Origin: Klebsiella pneumoniae
GTDB taxonomy: Bacteria > Desulfobacterota > Binatia > Bin18
DNA: 64,000 nt
NCBI GenBank assembly: GCA_945865755.1
Contig: CAMBFS010000003.1
Coordinates: forward strand, 1 to 64,000
Reading direction: 5' to 3'
The stretch's first letter is position 1, and the number at the start of each line of letters is the position of its first letter. A program made the translations under genes and the position numbers. A model generated the notes under the pieces. It had not been told where the DNA came from. It saw only the letters and a list, made by a program, of their open reading frames with translations, and did no database searches. Of the stretch, positions 8,922 through 18,064 are shown piece after piece.

Positions 8922-11726
8922 TCACTGGCTCAATGCTACAAGCAACGCCTTCGCGTCCTGCAAATCCGCGGTATCAAATCCCTCGGTGAACCAGTTATAG
9001 GCCTCGGATAACATCAGGTGAGCCTCGTGCTGCTTGCCTTGTTGTTGCCACAAGCGAGCTAAACTCATCGTCGCGCGGAGTTCCCAGGACTTGGCGCTTT
9101 GCTGGCGGGCGATGGCGATGGCTTTGTGGAAACACTCCTCCGCTTCCGCCTGGGTGTTGGGTGCTAGGGGCTGGGGGCTGGGGTTTTCTAATTTTTGACT
9201 TTTGCTTTTTGACTTTTGACTTTTGCTTTCCTGCGCCAGTAGGAGTTCGCCTTTGAGTCGATACAACTCCGCCTCATACGACCGCTCTCCAGTCTGCTCT
9301 AAAGCAGCGAGCGCTTGCGTAATCGTTGTCAGTGCCTCCGAAATCTTCCCCGCCTTACTATACGCATCTGCCAGGAAAGAGAGCAGAACAGGTTCAAGGA
9401 CTCTAAACCCTACTGCCGAAAAGAGATCAAGCGCCTGACGAATCTGTGTGATGCCTTCTACGGTTTTCCCTTGTTGCGCGTCTAGCCATCCTTGATGCAG
9501 TGTTGCGACCGTGACATAGGCCGGGATGCTTTGTTCTTGGGCAACGGTAGTTAGTTCCCGTTGCCCCTCCTCTACCGCCTGCCCTTCTCTCCGAAAAATG
9601 GACAGGGTCATCGCCGTGCTTAACGTTCCAAGCAGTGAAAGGGCATGCGACGTTTCCCTGGCTAGGGAAAGGGCTTCTTGAGTTCTTTTGCTTGCTTGAT
9701 CTGGATATCCCAGAGTCCATAATACGGCAGCGGTATAGGTGAGGCAGAAGACGCCAGGTTCATGGCCATAGAGAAAGGTATGTCCACGGTGTTGTTGTGG
9801 GTTATAGAGACGGAGCCCACCCTCTAAATGAGTCTGAGCCGAATGTTGATCTCCGATATGATGGAGCACATGGCCCCTGGAGCGGTGCGCTTCGAGCAAG
9901 AGGCTAGGCTCCTGGAAGCGCACCGCGAGAGTGAGGCACTGCTCACTGAGTGATAACGCGACTGAGAATTGCCCTCGTACGACATGGTAGACGACCAAAC
10001 CCAGCAGGATGGGAAAGATGTGGGGCGAATCCTCTAGCTCTTCACACAATGTTCGGGCACGAAAATAAGCCCGTTCCACTTCAGGAACGCTGTAGCCTTT
10101 AGCGTTCATCACCGCGACGCCCAGTGCCATTTGCAGGGGCAATTCTTGTTGGTTGCGTTCAACCGAGGCTGGAAGATGGTTGAGGAGATCGAGCGCCGTC
10201 GTCAGATGTACGCTCGCCTCCTGTGACGCGTTACGACGTAAGGCGCTCTGTCCAGCCACCCCGTGATACCGCACGGCACGGGGATAGTCGCGGGCTTGCT
10301 CAAAGTGCCCGGCTAAGGCCGCGGCAATCTCTTCCGCGCGGTCCCCGTACCCTTGCTCTAATCGCTCGCCAATCTGTTGATGTACTTGGAGCCGCCGACT
10401 CGGCGTCACCCGTTCATAGAGCACGTCGTGATACAACGCATGGCGAAAACTGTAGCGGGCACTGGTCGTGCCATCGGGCCACTGCGTTGTACCGGTGGCG
10501 CGCACAAAGTGCTCGCGGCGGGCGAGGCTGGCACAGTGCTCTTCGACCGTGGTGACGGAGCGCGCAAGACTGGGCGCAATGGTGGCCGCCGCGAACTCCG
10601 TCCCCACCGCACTGGCCGTGACGAGTAGCTGGTGCTCGTCGGTACTGAGCTGATCAATCTGCCGTTCGAGCATCTGCCGAATCGTCGCGGGGACATTGAG
10701 CGGAGCCTGGGCTGGGCCGTCATTCGTGGCGGGACCATGCAGGAGTAAGTCCTCGACGACGTTGACCATAAACAGCGGATTGCCACTGGTGCGGTGGTGA
10801 ATCGTGCGAGCGAGCGGTTGCAGGGGCCTTGCCCGGATCGCCAGATACTCCGCTACCGCGGCCTCGGTCAGGAGCGGCACGGGCAGTTCAACACTGTGGC
10901 GATGAATGGCCAAGTCTTGGGTTAATGTCCGCAGGGGATGGCCATTGCCGAGCACTTCCGTGGGCCGATAGGTGCCGAGCACCAAGAGCCGCGCGGGGTG
11001 TCGCCGCCGCGCCAGGAACGAGAGGGCATCCTGGGTCGAAGGATCACTCCAGTGCAAGTCCTCCAGCGTCAGTATCAGGACGGTGTCCCGCGTCAGGGCT
11101 TCGAGGCCCTCGGCCAACTCCCGGAGCATCCGCTCGCGGGTGGCCCCAAAGGTGTGGACCTGCAACGCCGCCCGATCCGCCGGAGTGGCTAACGCGGACA
11201 ACTGCATTAACCACGTCGGCGCGTACTGCCGCAACGTCGTCACCAGGCGGTCTTGCGTTGGGCCACGGCCGAGTTCCCCGAACGCCGCGAGCAGCGGCAG
11301 ATAGGGTTCACCGGGGCCGAACTGCTCGATGCACTGGCCGTGCGCGATGAAGACCGGTGCGCGGGGCTGGGGGTTTGGGGCCGAAGAAGACAAGGACTGA
11401 GGACTGCGGGCTGAGGACTGCGGGCCGGAGACCTTTGCCTTTTGCGGGTCGCTTTTCTTCTCGGTCCCGGACTCCGGCCACAAAGACCTCAAGCAGGGAG
11501 GTCTTGCCGATCCCCGGCTCACCCGTGACAAAGACAATCTGGCGTTCGCCATCCAGGGCTTTCTCCAACCGGCCATGAAGTTGTTCCAGCTCGGACGCAC
11601 GCCCCACCAGATTGGGGGCGGGGTCAAATGTTGGACTTGGGACCTTCGACCTTGGACTTGGGACTGGGCCGATAAACCGAAACCCGCGCCGATGCACCGT
11701 CTCGATGTACCGCGGGGTACGGGCAC
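8922..11726 (-). CDS. regulator paralog 2 (wHTH+STAND+TPR), C-terminal reading frame; homologous sequence begins ~11354 (…VFIAHGQCIEQFGPGEPYLPLL…)
   Basis: ~95% nt identity to paralog 1 over the NB-ARC remainder and over the last ~330 bp; divergent TPR middle; first ~125 codons of this ORF overlap the other frame and are probably not translated. Confidence 0.6.
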   Translation of the reverse strand: MPVPRGTSRRCIGAGFGLSAQSQVQGRRSQVQHLTPPPIWWGVRPSWNNFMAGWRKPWMANARLSLSRVSRGSARPPCLRSLWPESGTEKKSDPQKAKVSGPQSSARSPQSLSSSAPNPQPRAPVFIAHGQCIEQFGPGEPYLPLLAAFGELGRGPTQDRLVTTLRQYAPTWLMQLSALATPADRAALQVHTFGATRERMLRELAEGLEALTRDTVLILTLEDLHWSDPSTQDALSFLARRRHPARLLVLGTYRPTEVLGNGHPLRTLTQDLAIHRHSVELPVPLLTEAAVAEYLAIRARPLQPLARTIHHRTSGNPLFMVNVVEDLLLHGPATNDGPAQAPLNVPATIRQMLERQIDQLSTDEHQLLVTASAVGTEFAAATIAPSLARSVTTVEEHCASLARREHFVRATGTTQWPDGTTSARYSFRHALYHDVLYERVTPSRRLQVHQQIGERLEQGYGDRAEEIAAALAGHFEQARDYPRAVRYHGVAGQSALRRNASQEASVHLTTALDLLNHLPASVERNQQELPLQMALGVAVMNAKGYSVPEVERAYFRARTLCEELEDSPHIFPILLGLVVYHVVRGQFSVALSLSEQCLTLAVRFQEPSLLLEAHRSRGHVLHHIGDQHSAQTHLEGGLRLYNPQQHRGHTFLYGHEPGVFCLTYTAAVLWTLGYPDQASKRTQEALSLARETSHALSLLGTLSTAMTLSIFRREGQAVEEGQRELTTVAQEQSIPAYVTVATLHQGWLDAQQGKTVEGITQIRQALDLFSAVGFRVLEPVLLSFLADAYSKAGKISEALTTITQALAALEQTGERSYEAELYRLKGELLLAQESKSQKSKSKSQKLENPSPQPLAPNTQAEAEECFHKAIAIARQQSAKSWELRATMSLARLWQQQGKQHEAHLMLSEAYNWFTEGFDTADLQDAKALLVALSQ

Positions 11727-11970
11727 TATCCCCCAAAACCCGGCGGAGTTCCCGGATACACACCGTCAACGCCGCGTCGCTCACAATCGTGCTCGGCCAC
11801 ACGGTGAGCAGGAGTTCCTCTTTGGTCGCCACTTGCCCTGGGCGGGCAAGCAGATACCGCAGCACGGCAAAGGCTTTGGGCGTGACCCGCAGCTCGTGGG
11901 CGTCGTCGCGGAGGGTGTGACTCTGGAGGTCGACGCGAAAATGTCCAAATGCGACCGTCTCTGGCGTCAT
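11308..11970 (-). CDS. regulator paralog 2, N-terminal reading frame (OmpR-type wHTH + Walker A GEPGIGKT), terminating inside repeat linker
   Basis: near-identical to N-terminus of paralog 1; ATG at 11970 after GAGGAAA SD; frame is lost relative to the downstream ORF in the GGACTGAGGACTGCGGGCT repeat tract (~11390-11445). Confidence 0.6.
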   Translation of the reverse strand: MTPETVAFGHFRVDLQSHTLRDDAHELRVTPKAFAVLRYLLARPGQVATKEELLLTVWPSTIVSDAALTVCIRELRRVLGDSARTPRYIETVHRRGFRFIGPVPSPRSKVPSPTFDPAPNLVGRASELEQLHGRLEKALDGERQIVFVTGEPGIGKTSLLEVFVAGVRDREEKRPAKGKGLRPAVLSPQSSVLVFFGPKPPAPRTGLHRARPVHRAVRPR

Positions 11971-12205
11971 CAGTTTCCTCACTCTTAGAGAAATCGTAAC
12001 CGTTCACGGGGATAAAAACCTTAATGAATTAGGATATTTACAAAATTGAAATTCGTAAAATTGGACATGTTTTGGCCAGTTTCGATAACGATTGATAGGC
12101 AAAAACAAGCAAATTCAGGTAGTTATACGTCTATGGCATCGATACCCCTCGTGAACGGTTACGCTTGGCTATGCCTACAAGTATGGAGCGGATCCGGCTC
12201 ATGGT

Positions 12206-12997
12206 GTGCCGAGCAACTTTCACTCCGAGTTGGCCTCCGCGTCACTGGCCTTAAGCGTGGCCTACTCTCTCACGTCGAAGCTCCATCTGGGTGTCGCACT
12301 GAACCCCGCGTATGGACGACTGCGACTGAAAACCCCTTCTCCAGCGGGACGCATCGATGTTGATGTCCGTGGTCCTGGTGTGTTCGGTACTATTGGCGTG
12401 CTGTACCAACCGACTACGCGGCTCAGCCTTGGTGTTACCTATAAGACACCTGGCACCTTATTTCTCTTTGGCAATGCCCGCGTGGCTGGGCGTGGCGATG
12501 ACGCAACCGCGGAGTATCAATTCCCACAGTCCGTGACTGTGGGTGCGGCATACCGTGTCACGTCACGCTTGACTGTTGTCGGACAAGGCCGCTGGACAGA
12601 GTTCTCCGCATTTGAAGATTCGCATGTCGATTTCGAGCAGCGCACGTTCCTCAACCAACCTGCTGCCTCGGGGGTCCACGATCGCTTCCGTTTAGGTGGC
12701 GGGGTGCAGTATGAAGTGTGGCCGGGGATCACTGCTCGTGCCGGGATTTCCTGGGAGCGGGCTGCGATCCGCTCGTCAGCAATGGCACCAGCATTATCTG
12801 ACTTCACCGACATCTTGTTTCCTTTTGGCCTCGGCTTTGAGCACAGACCGTGGCGGGTGAATGTACTCGGTGGGGTGTCGTCTGTCTCCAGCCGGAAGAT
12901 CTCACCGGCGCGGAATCAGTTCTTCCCCGGTCGTTATGAATTCAACATTTCTGCGATGGGGATTGAGGTGACGCGATTGTTGGGCGAGGCGAACTAA
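12206..12997 (+). pseudogene. 5'-truncated FadL/TodX-family outer-membrane beta-barrel (C-terminal ~260 aa only)
   Basis: beta-strand-rich alternating pattern, ends in aromatic-containing C-terminus; no signal peptide/hatch domain; AT-rich non-coding sequence upstream. Confidence 0.35.
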
Positions 12998-13057
12998 AGC
13001 AGACTGCGCATGGTACGTAGCCTTTCCGGAGCTTCTAGCTTCCTCGCGTCGTTCCAT

Positions 13058-13930
13058 TTACACCTGCTGTTGCTCACTCCTCCACCGCTCCTCGGTATAG
13101 GTGTGATATACAATCTGGCCGCGACACCGCATGCACACCACCCCGCGGCGACGGCGCTCCGCCGTCGCGACCCAACAGTGCCGTTCACAGGTGACAATGT
13201 AGCGGGGTGGGACAAACTGGAGATCATGACAGCGCCGCCCGGAGCAGCCAATCTCAATCGCTTTCGCGCGCCACACCTCGTCGTGATTGTGCACTTTCCC
13301 CACCAAGGCATGGGCGATTTCATGCAGGATCGTGTCCGTCAGCTCTTCCTCGGCTGCCTGTTTCGCGAAGGCATACGACAGTGAGATAACCTTCGTCCCG
13401 TACTGACAACAGCCCGCGCGCTTCCGGCCATTGTCAAACTGGAAGCTCCACCCGGCGAGGTGATGCTGTTCCAACAGCGACCGCGCCCGCAGCGCCAAGG
13501 CATCAAGGGCCGTGGGACCGCGCGCGGCGACGGCAACGGGTTGCTTGTCCTCATCGTGGCGCAGGAGTCCATACGCGACGCGATACTCCTGGCCATCATC
13601 GGTGGCGATGTGGCCGAGTGTGGGATTCACTCGCGCCAGCACGCCGGAGAGCACCGTCCCCCGATAGTCAAACTGTACCCGATCGCCAGGCGAGAAGCGG
13701 GCGCGCTGTTGTTCCGCGCGACTCTGAACAGCCCGTGGCGTGGCATCGGGAATCTTTGTGAGCCAGGCATACGGGACGTGCAGCTCGCGCTGGTCGTCGC
13801 ACACGACATGCGCACGGGTGCGACTTTTTTTCACCACAGTCCCGGTCCAGGTGCGCGCCTGATACGTGAACGTGACCCGGTCCGTCACGGCGATGTGGGA
13901 TGCCTCGGTCGTGCTGGTCTTGGTCTTCAT
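13058..13930 (-). CDS. SprT-like zinc metallopeptidase domain protein
   Basis: HEIAH (HExxH) followed by Cys-rich zinc-ribbon-like segment (CERHC…CMRC). Confidence 0.65.
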   Translation of the reverse strand: MKTKTSTTEASHIAVTDRVTFTYQARTWTGTVVKKSRTRAHVVCDDQRELHVPYAWLTKIPDATPRAVQSRAEQQRARFSPGDRVQFDYRGTVLSGVLARVNPTLGHIATDDGQEYRVAYGLLRHDEDKQPVAVAARGPTALDALALRARSLLEQHHLAGWSFQFDNGRKRAGCCQYGTKVISLSYAFAKQAAEEELTDTILHEIAHALVGKVHNHDEVWRAKAIEIGCSGRRCHDLQFVPPRYIVTCERHCWVATAERRRRGVVCMRCRGQIVYHTYTEERWRSEQQQV

Positions 13931-13976
13931 ACTGCCTCGGTACGCGTTCAGCCGTCAGCCGTCAGCTTTCAGCAAA

Positions 13977-14008
13977 AACAAGGAGTACGCACCTGGTCTC
14001 CTTGTTTT
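13977..14008 (-). terminator. rho-independent terminator after LLM gene (stem AACAAGGAG/CTCCTTGTT + T-run), nested in larger palindrome 13942..14081
   Basis: 9-bp stem, ~13-nt loop, followed by TTGTTTTT on minus strand; outer inverted repeats CGCGTTCAGCCGTCAGC…/…GCTGATAGCTGAACGCG. Confidence 0.5.
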
Positions 14009-14090
14009 GTGTGAGCAGTTGAGCAAAGTCCTCGGTATTTTCTCGTTTGGCTGACTGCTGAAAGCTGATAGCTGAACGCGTACATTCTCG

Positions 14091-14987
14091 TTAGCGCATG
14101 AGGGTGCGGGCCGCTTCCTCCATCTCCTTGAGCGTGTCATTCACCGTGGGACCCATCATAAACAGCAGGATTTCCGAGACGCCGAGTTCTTCGAGCGCGG
14201 CGATCTTCCCCCGATCTTGTTGCAAGTCGCGGGTCCCGCCAATCATGGAAATCGACAACTCCGACATCTTCCGCCCACGCTCCGCCATTAGGGTTTGCAA
14301 CTGGTCGCGCTTGGTGCGGAAGGTATCCACGGGAATCGGCCCAGGCTGCCAGCCATTGCCGAGGTCCGCGATGCGTTTGAGCGCGGGCATGCTCTCGCCG
14401 CCAAAGATGATCGGCGGATGCGGTCTTTGTACGGGGATCGGATTGGTGTGCAGGGTTGGAAAAGAAAAATACTTCCCCTGAAACGAGGCGGTCTCCCCGG
14501 CCCACATCGCCTTCATCACTTGCAGATATTCGCGCGTGCGGGCGGCGCGCTCACTGAACTGTTCTCCTAGCGCGTCAAACTCTTCTTTCAACCAGCCGAT
14601 GCCGACGCCGAACTGATAACGGCCATGCGAGGCAAGATCGACCGTCGCCACGGCTTTGGCCACGTGGAGCGGATTGCGATACGGGACGATGATGACACTG
14701 GTGCCGAGCAGAATGGTCTTGGTGGCCACGCCGACGGCGGCCAGCAGCACAAACGGGTCGGGCCACGGGGCATTGCGGGCGAACCCGACTGACCCGTCCT
14801 TCGTGTATGGGTAGGGAGCAACGATCTGCTCGGGAATCACAATATGGTCGCCCACCCAGACCGTGCGATAGCCGAGCGCTTCGGCTTGTTGGGCAACACG
14901 AATGTAATCGTCAATCGTGGGATTGGTTCCCACCCCCAGGGAATAGTGCAGGCCGAATTTCATAACGCGGGCTCCTCCTTTTGGCAT
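14091..14987 (-). CDS. LLM-class (luciferase-like) flavin/F420-dependent oxidoreductase
   Basis: MKFGLHYSLG… TIM-barrel LLM N-terminus, length ~300 aa, paralogous to 19480..20364 and 34187..35176. Confidence 0.8.
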   Translation of the reverse strand: MPKGGARVMKFGLHYSLGVGTNPTIDDYIRVAQQAEALGYRTVWVGDHIVIPEQIVAPYPYTKDGSVGFARNAPWPDPFVLLAAVGVATKTILLGTSVIIVPYRNPLHVAKAVATVDLASHGRYQFGVGIGWLKEEFDALGEQFSERAARTREYLQVMKAMWAGETASFQGKYFSFPTLHTNPIPVQRPHPPIIFGGESMPALKRIADLGNGWQPGPIPVDTFRTKRDQLQTLMAERGRKMSELSISMIGGTRDLQQDRGKIAALEELGVSEILLFMMGPTVNDTLKEMEEAARTLMR

Positions 14988-15153
14988 CTTCCGCCCGCGT
15001 TATATAGAAACCCCTCTTGAGGCGCAATCGTTCTGATCCCTGTCCGAGGATTCTTTATTGACCTCCTGGGTTTTCAGAACATATCGTCCCAGAGTATAAC
15101 CGGCGTCAAGCCGAGGCTGGTCACGCCTCGCCCGTAACGAAAGGAGACTGTTC

Positions 15154-16326
15154 ATGACATTGCCGCTCGCGCATATTCGTGTGATTGATCTCACCCGCGC
15201 CCGCTCTGGCCCTACCTGTGTCCGCCAACTCGCCGATATGGGAGCCGAGGTGATTAAAGTGGAACAAGCCGATGATGAAGAAGGCGTCAGTCGTCATAAT
15301 TCCGATTTCCAGAATCTCCATCGTAATAAACGGAGTATGGTACTGAACTTGAAGGACCCCCGTGGGGTAGCCATTCTCAAACAACTGGTGAAGAACGCCG
15401 ATGTGGTGGTCGAGAATTATCGCCCAGATGTGAAAAAGCGCTTGGGGATTGCATACGAGGACCTCCGCCCGCTCAATCCGCGCTTGGTGTATGCCAGCAT
15501 TTCAGGGTTTGGGCAGACGGGACCTTACCAGGATCGTCCTGGCTACGATCAGATCGCCCAGGGCATGGGTGGCCTTATGAGTATTACCGGCCAACCGGGG
15601 AGTGGGCCGTGGCGGGTGGGGATTCCCGTGGCGGACCTCAGTGCCGGGCTGTTCGCGGCCCAAGGGGTTCTCGTCGCTTTGCTGGAACGTGAACGTTCAG
15701 GTGAAGGACAGTGGGTGCGCACCTCGCTCTTGGAGGCGATGATCGCCATGCTCGATTTTCAAGCGACACGCTGGTTGATGGACAAGGAAGTCCCACCCCA
15801 AGCCGGGAACAATCATCCCACGAGCATTCCCACTGGCACGTTCCGCGCCAAGGATGGGTACCTCAATATCGCCGCCGGTGGACAACACATGTGGAAACGG
15901 GTGTGCGCGGCGCTGGAGATACCGGAACAGTATGAGGACCCACGCTTCGCCACGGCGGGGAAGCGCTCGAAGAACCGTGACGCGCTGACCGTGGTGCTCG
16001 AAGAAAAGCTCCACACGAAAACGGTTGCTGAATGGGTGGAGATTCTCAACGCCGCTGGGGTGCCTACGGGGCCGATTCTGAGCATTGACCAAGTCTTCGC
16101 CAATGAGCAGGTGCGGCATCTGGGTCTCGCGACGCGGCTCTCGCATCCCCAGCTTGGAATGATCGAGGTGTTAGGACTCCCAACGACACTCAGCCGTACC
16201 CCCGGAGCGGTGCGAACGCCAGCCCCGGAAAAGGGTGAGCATACGGAAGCGGTTCTGCGCGAGTTGGGCATGAGTGGAGAGGAGATTGAGCACCTGCGTG
16301 TCGCTGGAGTTGTCGCGGAACGGTAG
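15154..16326 (+). CDS. CoA-transferase family III (CaiB/BaiF/Frc-like)
   Basis: IRVIDLTRARSGPTCVRQLADMGAEVIKVE N-terminal signature; ~390 aa. Confidence 0.85.
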   Translation: MTLPLAHIRVIDLTRARSGPTCVRQLADMGAEVIKVEQADDEEGVSRHNSDFQNLHRNKRSMVLNLKDPRGVAILKQLVKNADVVVENYRPDVKKRLGIAYEDLRPLNPRLVYASISGFGQTGPYQDRPGYDQIAQGMGGLMSITGQPGSGPWRVGIPVADLSAGLFAAQGVLVALLERERSGEGQWVRTSLLEAMIAMLDFQATRWLMDKEVPPQAGNNHPTSIPTGTFRAKDGYLNIAAGGQHMWKRVCAALEIPEQYEDPRFATAGKRSKNRDALTVVLEEKLHTKTVAEWVEILNAAGVPTGPILSIDQVFANEQVRHLGLATRLSHPQLGMIEVLGLPTTLSRTPGAVRTPAPEKGEHTEAVLRELGMSGEEIEHLRVAGVVAER

Positions 16327-16396
16327 TGCTCCCGATGAGCAATGGTATGAAGTTGAGGCAGGTGCTGTCCTGGGAGTAGGGGCGTCCTGGGAGTAG

Positions 16397-16418
16397 GGGC
16401 GAAAAATTTTTCGCCCCT
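16397..16418. terminator. perfect palindrome GGGGCGAAAAATTTTTCGCCCC between convergent genes (bidirectional terminator)
   Basis: 11-bp perfect-stem palindrome with A/T tract on both sides; preceded by duplicated GTCCTGGGAGTAGGGGC. Confidence 0.6.
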
Positions 16419-16430
16419 ACAGCAGCACCC

Positions 16431-18053
16431 CTATTTCTTTAACGACCGCCTATACGCCGCTACTGCTTCTTTTGGAGCACCGTCGAATTGTAAGGTCCCG
16501 TTTTTCAGCCACACTGCCCGCGTACAGACCTGTTCGACAAACGCGAGATTATGCGTCACCACCATCACCGCTTTGGCGGCCTCAATCAGGTCGCGAATTT
16601 TCATGCTGGCTTTCTCATAAAAGGCGATGTCCCCGACATTGAGCGCTTCGTCGAGAATGAGCAGGTCCGGGTTGATCGCGGTGGCCACGCTGAACCCCAA
16701 CCGCACCCGCATCCCACGGGAATAATGTTTCACCGGCTCGTCAATGATGCGCTCCAGCCCGGAAAACTTCACGATCTCATCGTAGACTTCGTGTAGACGC
16801 CACTTGGGAATCCCCATCATCATGCCGTTGAGATACACATTGTCTCGGCCCGTGAGCTGTTCGTTAAAGCCGGTTCCGAACGTCAACAAGGCGGTGAGCG
16901 CTCCTCTGAGCACGACCTCTCCTTGGTCGGCTTGCAAGATGCCACTGAGCGCCTGACACAGCGTCGTTTTCCCTGCCCCATTGGGTCCAATGACCCCGAC
17001 CACTTCCCCTTCGTTAACGGTCAACGTCAGGTCGCGCAGTGTCCAAAACCGATCGTCGTCCGTTCGTCTGAGGATTGGGAGGAAAGCGGACGCACCCTTG
17101 GCGGACACGTCCGTGGTTGTCGGGGTTGTGCTCGCGCGTAAGGTGAACTGGACGCTGAGGTCTCGGACCTCAATGACCGGCGCTCCTGGCGACGGGGGGA
17201 TGATCTCGGGCATTGACGCGGTCACCGGGACCGTGGCTTTCTTTTGCGGACCTGCTTTGGGGATGGAGTCCGTGTAGGCACGGACCACTTCGGTCGCGTC
17301 TCCGTTCGCCTTGACCCTTCCGTTCGCGAGCCACAGTGCTCGCGAACAATAGCGTTCCACGAAGGAGAGTTGATGGGTGACAACGACGACCAGTTTGGCC
17401 TTCTCGGCCAGTTCCCGCATCTTGCGCCCGGCCTTTTCGCTAAACTCCAGGTCGCCCACACTCAAGGCTTCGTCGATTATCAGGATGTCGGGGTCGAGCG
17501 CCGTGGCCACGCTAAACCCCAACCGCGCCCGCATACCGCTCGAATAATGTTTGAGCGGCTGGTCAATAAAGCGCCCCAGACCGGCGAATTCGACAATGTC
17601 AGGCAGCGCGGTGGACAGCGCGCGCCGGGACACCCCTAACATCATGCCGTTCAACAGGATGTTGTCACGCCCGGACAGTTCCGCCTGAAATCCGACGCCA
17701 AGCGAGAGCAGGGTGGACACCGTCCCGGCAATGCGCAAACTGCCGGTATCGGGCCGCAGCAGACCACAGATCGTTCGACAGAGGGTGGTTTTGCCCGCCC
17801 CATTGCCCCCAATGATGCCGATGACCTCCCCTGCGGAAGCCGCCATATCGACCTCTTGGAGTGCCCAGCGCACTTCGGGCTTTCGCCGATGCCGACGGGA
17901 GAAGATGCCGTACGTCAGCGACTGCAGGTCTTCGCGTTTCGTGCCCAGCTCATATTTGATCCCGATATTCACCGCCTCCAGCAGCGATTTTCCCTGGGGG
18001 AGACCGACTTCTGGGACGGCCGCGAGCGGGGCAGGGATAAGACTCACGTTCAA
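16431..18053 (-). CDS. ABC transporter ATP-binding protein with two tandem NBDs (Wzt/KpsT/TagH-like)
   Basis: two Walker A motifs (GGNGAGKTTL, GPNGAGKTTL), two signature/Walker B sets; KpsT/Wzt-like context motifs. Confidence 0.85.
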   Translation of the reverse strand: MNVSLIPAPLAAVPEVGLPQGKSLLEAVNIGIKYELGTKREDLQSLTYGIFSRRHRRKPEVRWALQEVDMAASAGEVIGIIGGNGAGKTTLCRTICGLLRPDTGSLRIAGTVSTLLSLGVGFQAELSGRDNILLNGMMLGVSRRALSTALPDIVEFAGLGRFIDQPLKHYSSGMRARLGFSVATALDPDILIIDEALSVGDLEFSEKAGRKMRELAEKAKLVVVVTHQLSFVERYCSRALWLANGRVKANGDATEVVRAYTDSIPKAGPQKKATVPVTASMPEIIPPSPGAPVIEVRDLSVQFTLRASTTPTTTDVSAKGASAFLPILRRTDDDRFWTLRDLTLTVNEGEVVGVIGPNGAGKTTLCQALSGILQADQGEVVLRGALTALLTFGTGFNEQLTGRDNVYLNGMMMGIPKWRLHEVYDEIVKFSGLERIIDEPVKHYSRGMRVRLGFSVATAINPDLLILDEALNVGDIAFYEKASMKIRDLIEAAKAVMVVTHNLAFVEQVCTRAVWLKNGTLQFDGAPKEAVAAYRRSLKK

Positions 18054-18064
18054 AAGGTAGCTCC

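Noticed and set aside
12046-12363. 105-aa ORF upstream of and overlapping the FadL-like fragment
   Set aside because: The product is not protein-like and the region is AT-rich. It is more likely non-coding DNA at a truncation breakpoint.
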